From Arcobacteraceae bacterium (GTDB lineage Bacteria; Campylobacterota; Campylobacteria; Campylobacterales; Arcobacteraceae): a stretch of 64,000 nucleotides of DNA. How positions within the stretch are numbered: position 1 is the first letter of the stretch; each line of letters begins with the position of its first letter. Below the pieces are notes generated by a model, which searched no databases, had not been told where the DNA came from, and saw only the letters and a program-made list of their open reading frames with translations. Below, piece by piece: positions 63,661-64,000 of this stretch. The DNA lies in assembly GCA_963662945.1 (NCBI GenBank), contig OY759974.1:1536001-1600000 (forward strand). Direction: 5' to 3'. Made by a program: the position numbers and the translations under genes.

Positions 63661-64000
63661 TTAATTACAAATTACTATTGATTTTATCTCCGTAAATTCT
63701 TCAATTGCAAAAGTTGGACCCTCTTTTCCTATACCACTTAATTTTGTACCACCATATGGTTGTATGTCAAATCGTAAAGTTGGTATGTCGTTAATAACTA
63801 CACCACCACAATCAGCTTCATCTATAAATTGTTGTGTTTGTTTAAGATTATTTGTAAAAATACTAAACTGCAAACCATACGGAGAATTATTCATTTTTAG
63901 GATAGCTTCTTCATAGTTTTTAACTTTTACAAGACTAACAATTGGAGCAAAAACTTCTTCACAGATAATTTTCATCTCATCTGTTACATTTGTCATAATT
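63661..64000 (-). CDS. Aldehyde dehydrogenase family protein (3' end; 5' part outside window)
   Basis: EEVFAP, NNSPYGL..SIFT, PYGG.K.SG.GKEG. Confidence 0.92.
   Translation of the reverse strand, partial: IMTNVTDEMKIICEEVFAPIVSLVKVKNYEEAILKMNNSPYGLQFSIFTNNLKQTQQFIDEADCGGVVINDIPTLRFDIQPYGGTKLSGIGKEGPTFAIEEFTEIKSIVICN

Overview
AT-rich chromosomal segment of a Campylobacterota bacterium, most consistent with Arcobacteraceae or a relative (inferred from gene content, stand-alone atpB, MutS-HNH, TTTAG/TTTAAG-n-TATAAT promoters). It holds the end of a flagellar export cluster (fliR, flhB, TPR gene, fliI, flgL, flhA), yajC-secD-secF-glmM-lspA, many housekeeping genes, three chemoreceptors plus cheV, a di-hemerythrin, two exported rhodaneses, a four-tRNA operon (Pro, His, Arg, Leu) and a partial type IV pilus/T2SS-like operon behind era. 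I saw no mobile element, prophage or CRISPR array. Most notable: (1) an intact MutS7-type MutS with a C-terminal HNH nuclease, coupled to an apparently leaderless ilvA transcript; (2) an exported CxxxxC rhodanese next to a chemoreceptor, a candidate sulfur-sensing module; (3) two CZB-tailed receptors sharing a 140-bp inverted repeat (135/140 identical); (4) pgeF lacking a canonical start codon; (5) a thiE-like ORF that reads through the atpB terminator; (6) inverted repeats enclosing individual tRNAs; (7) an NPTQ variant of the FlhB cleavage motif. All functional proposals are inferences from sequence alone; no database search was run.
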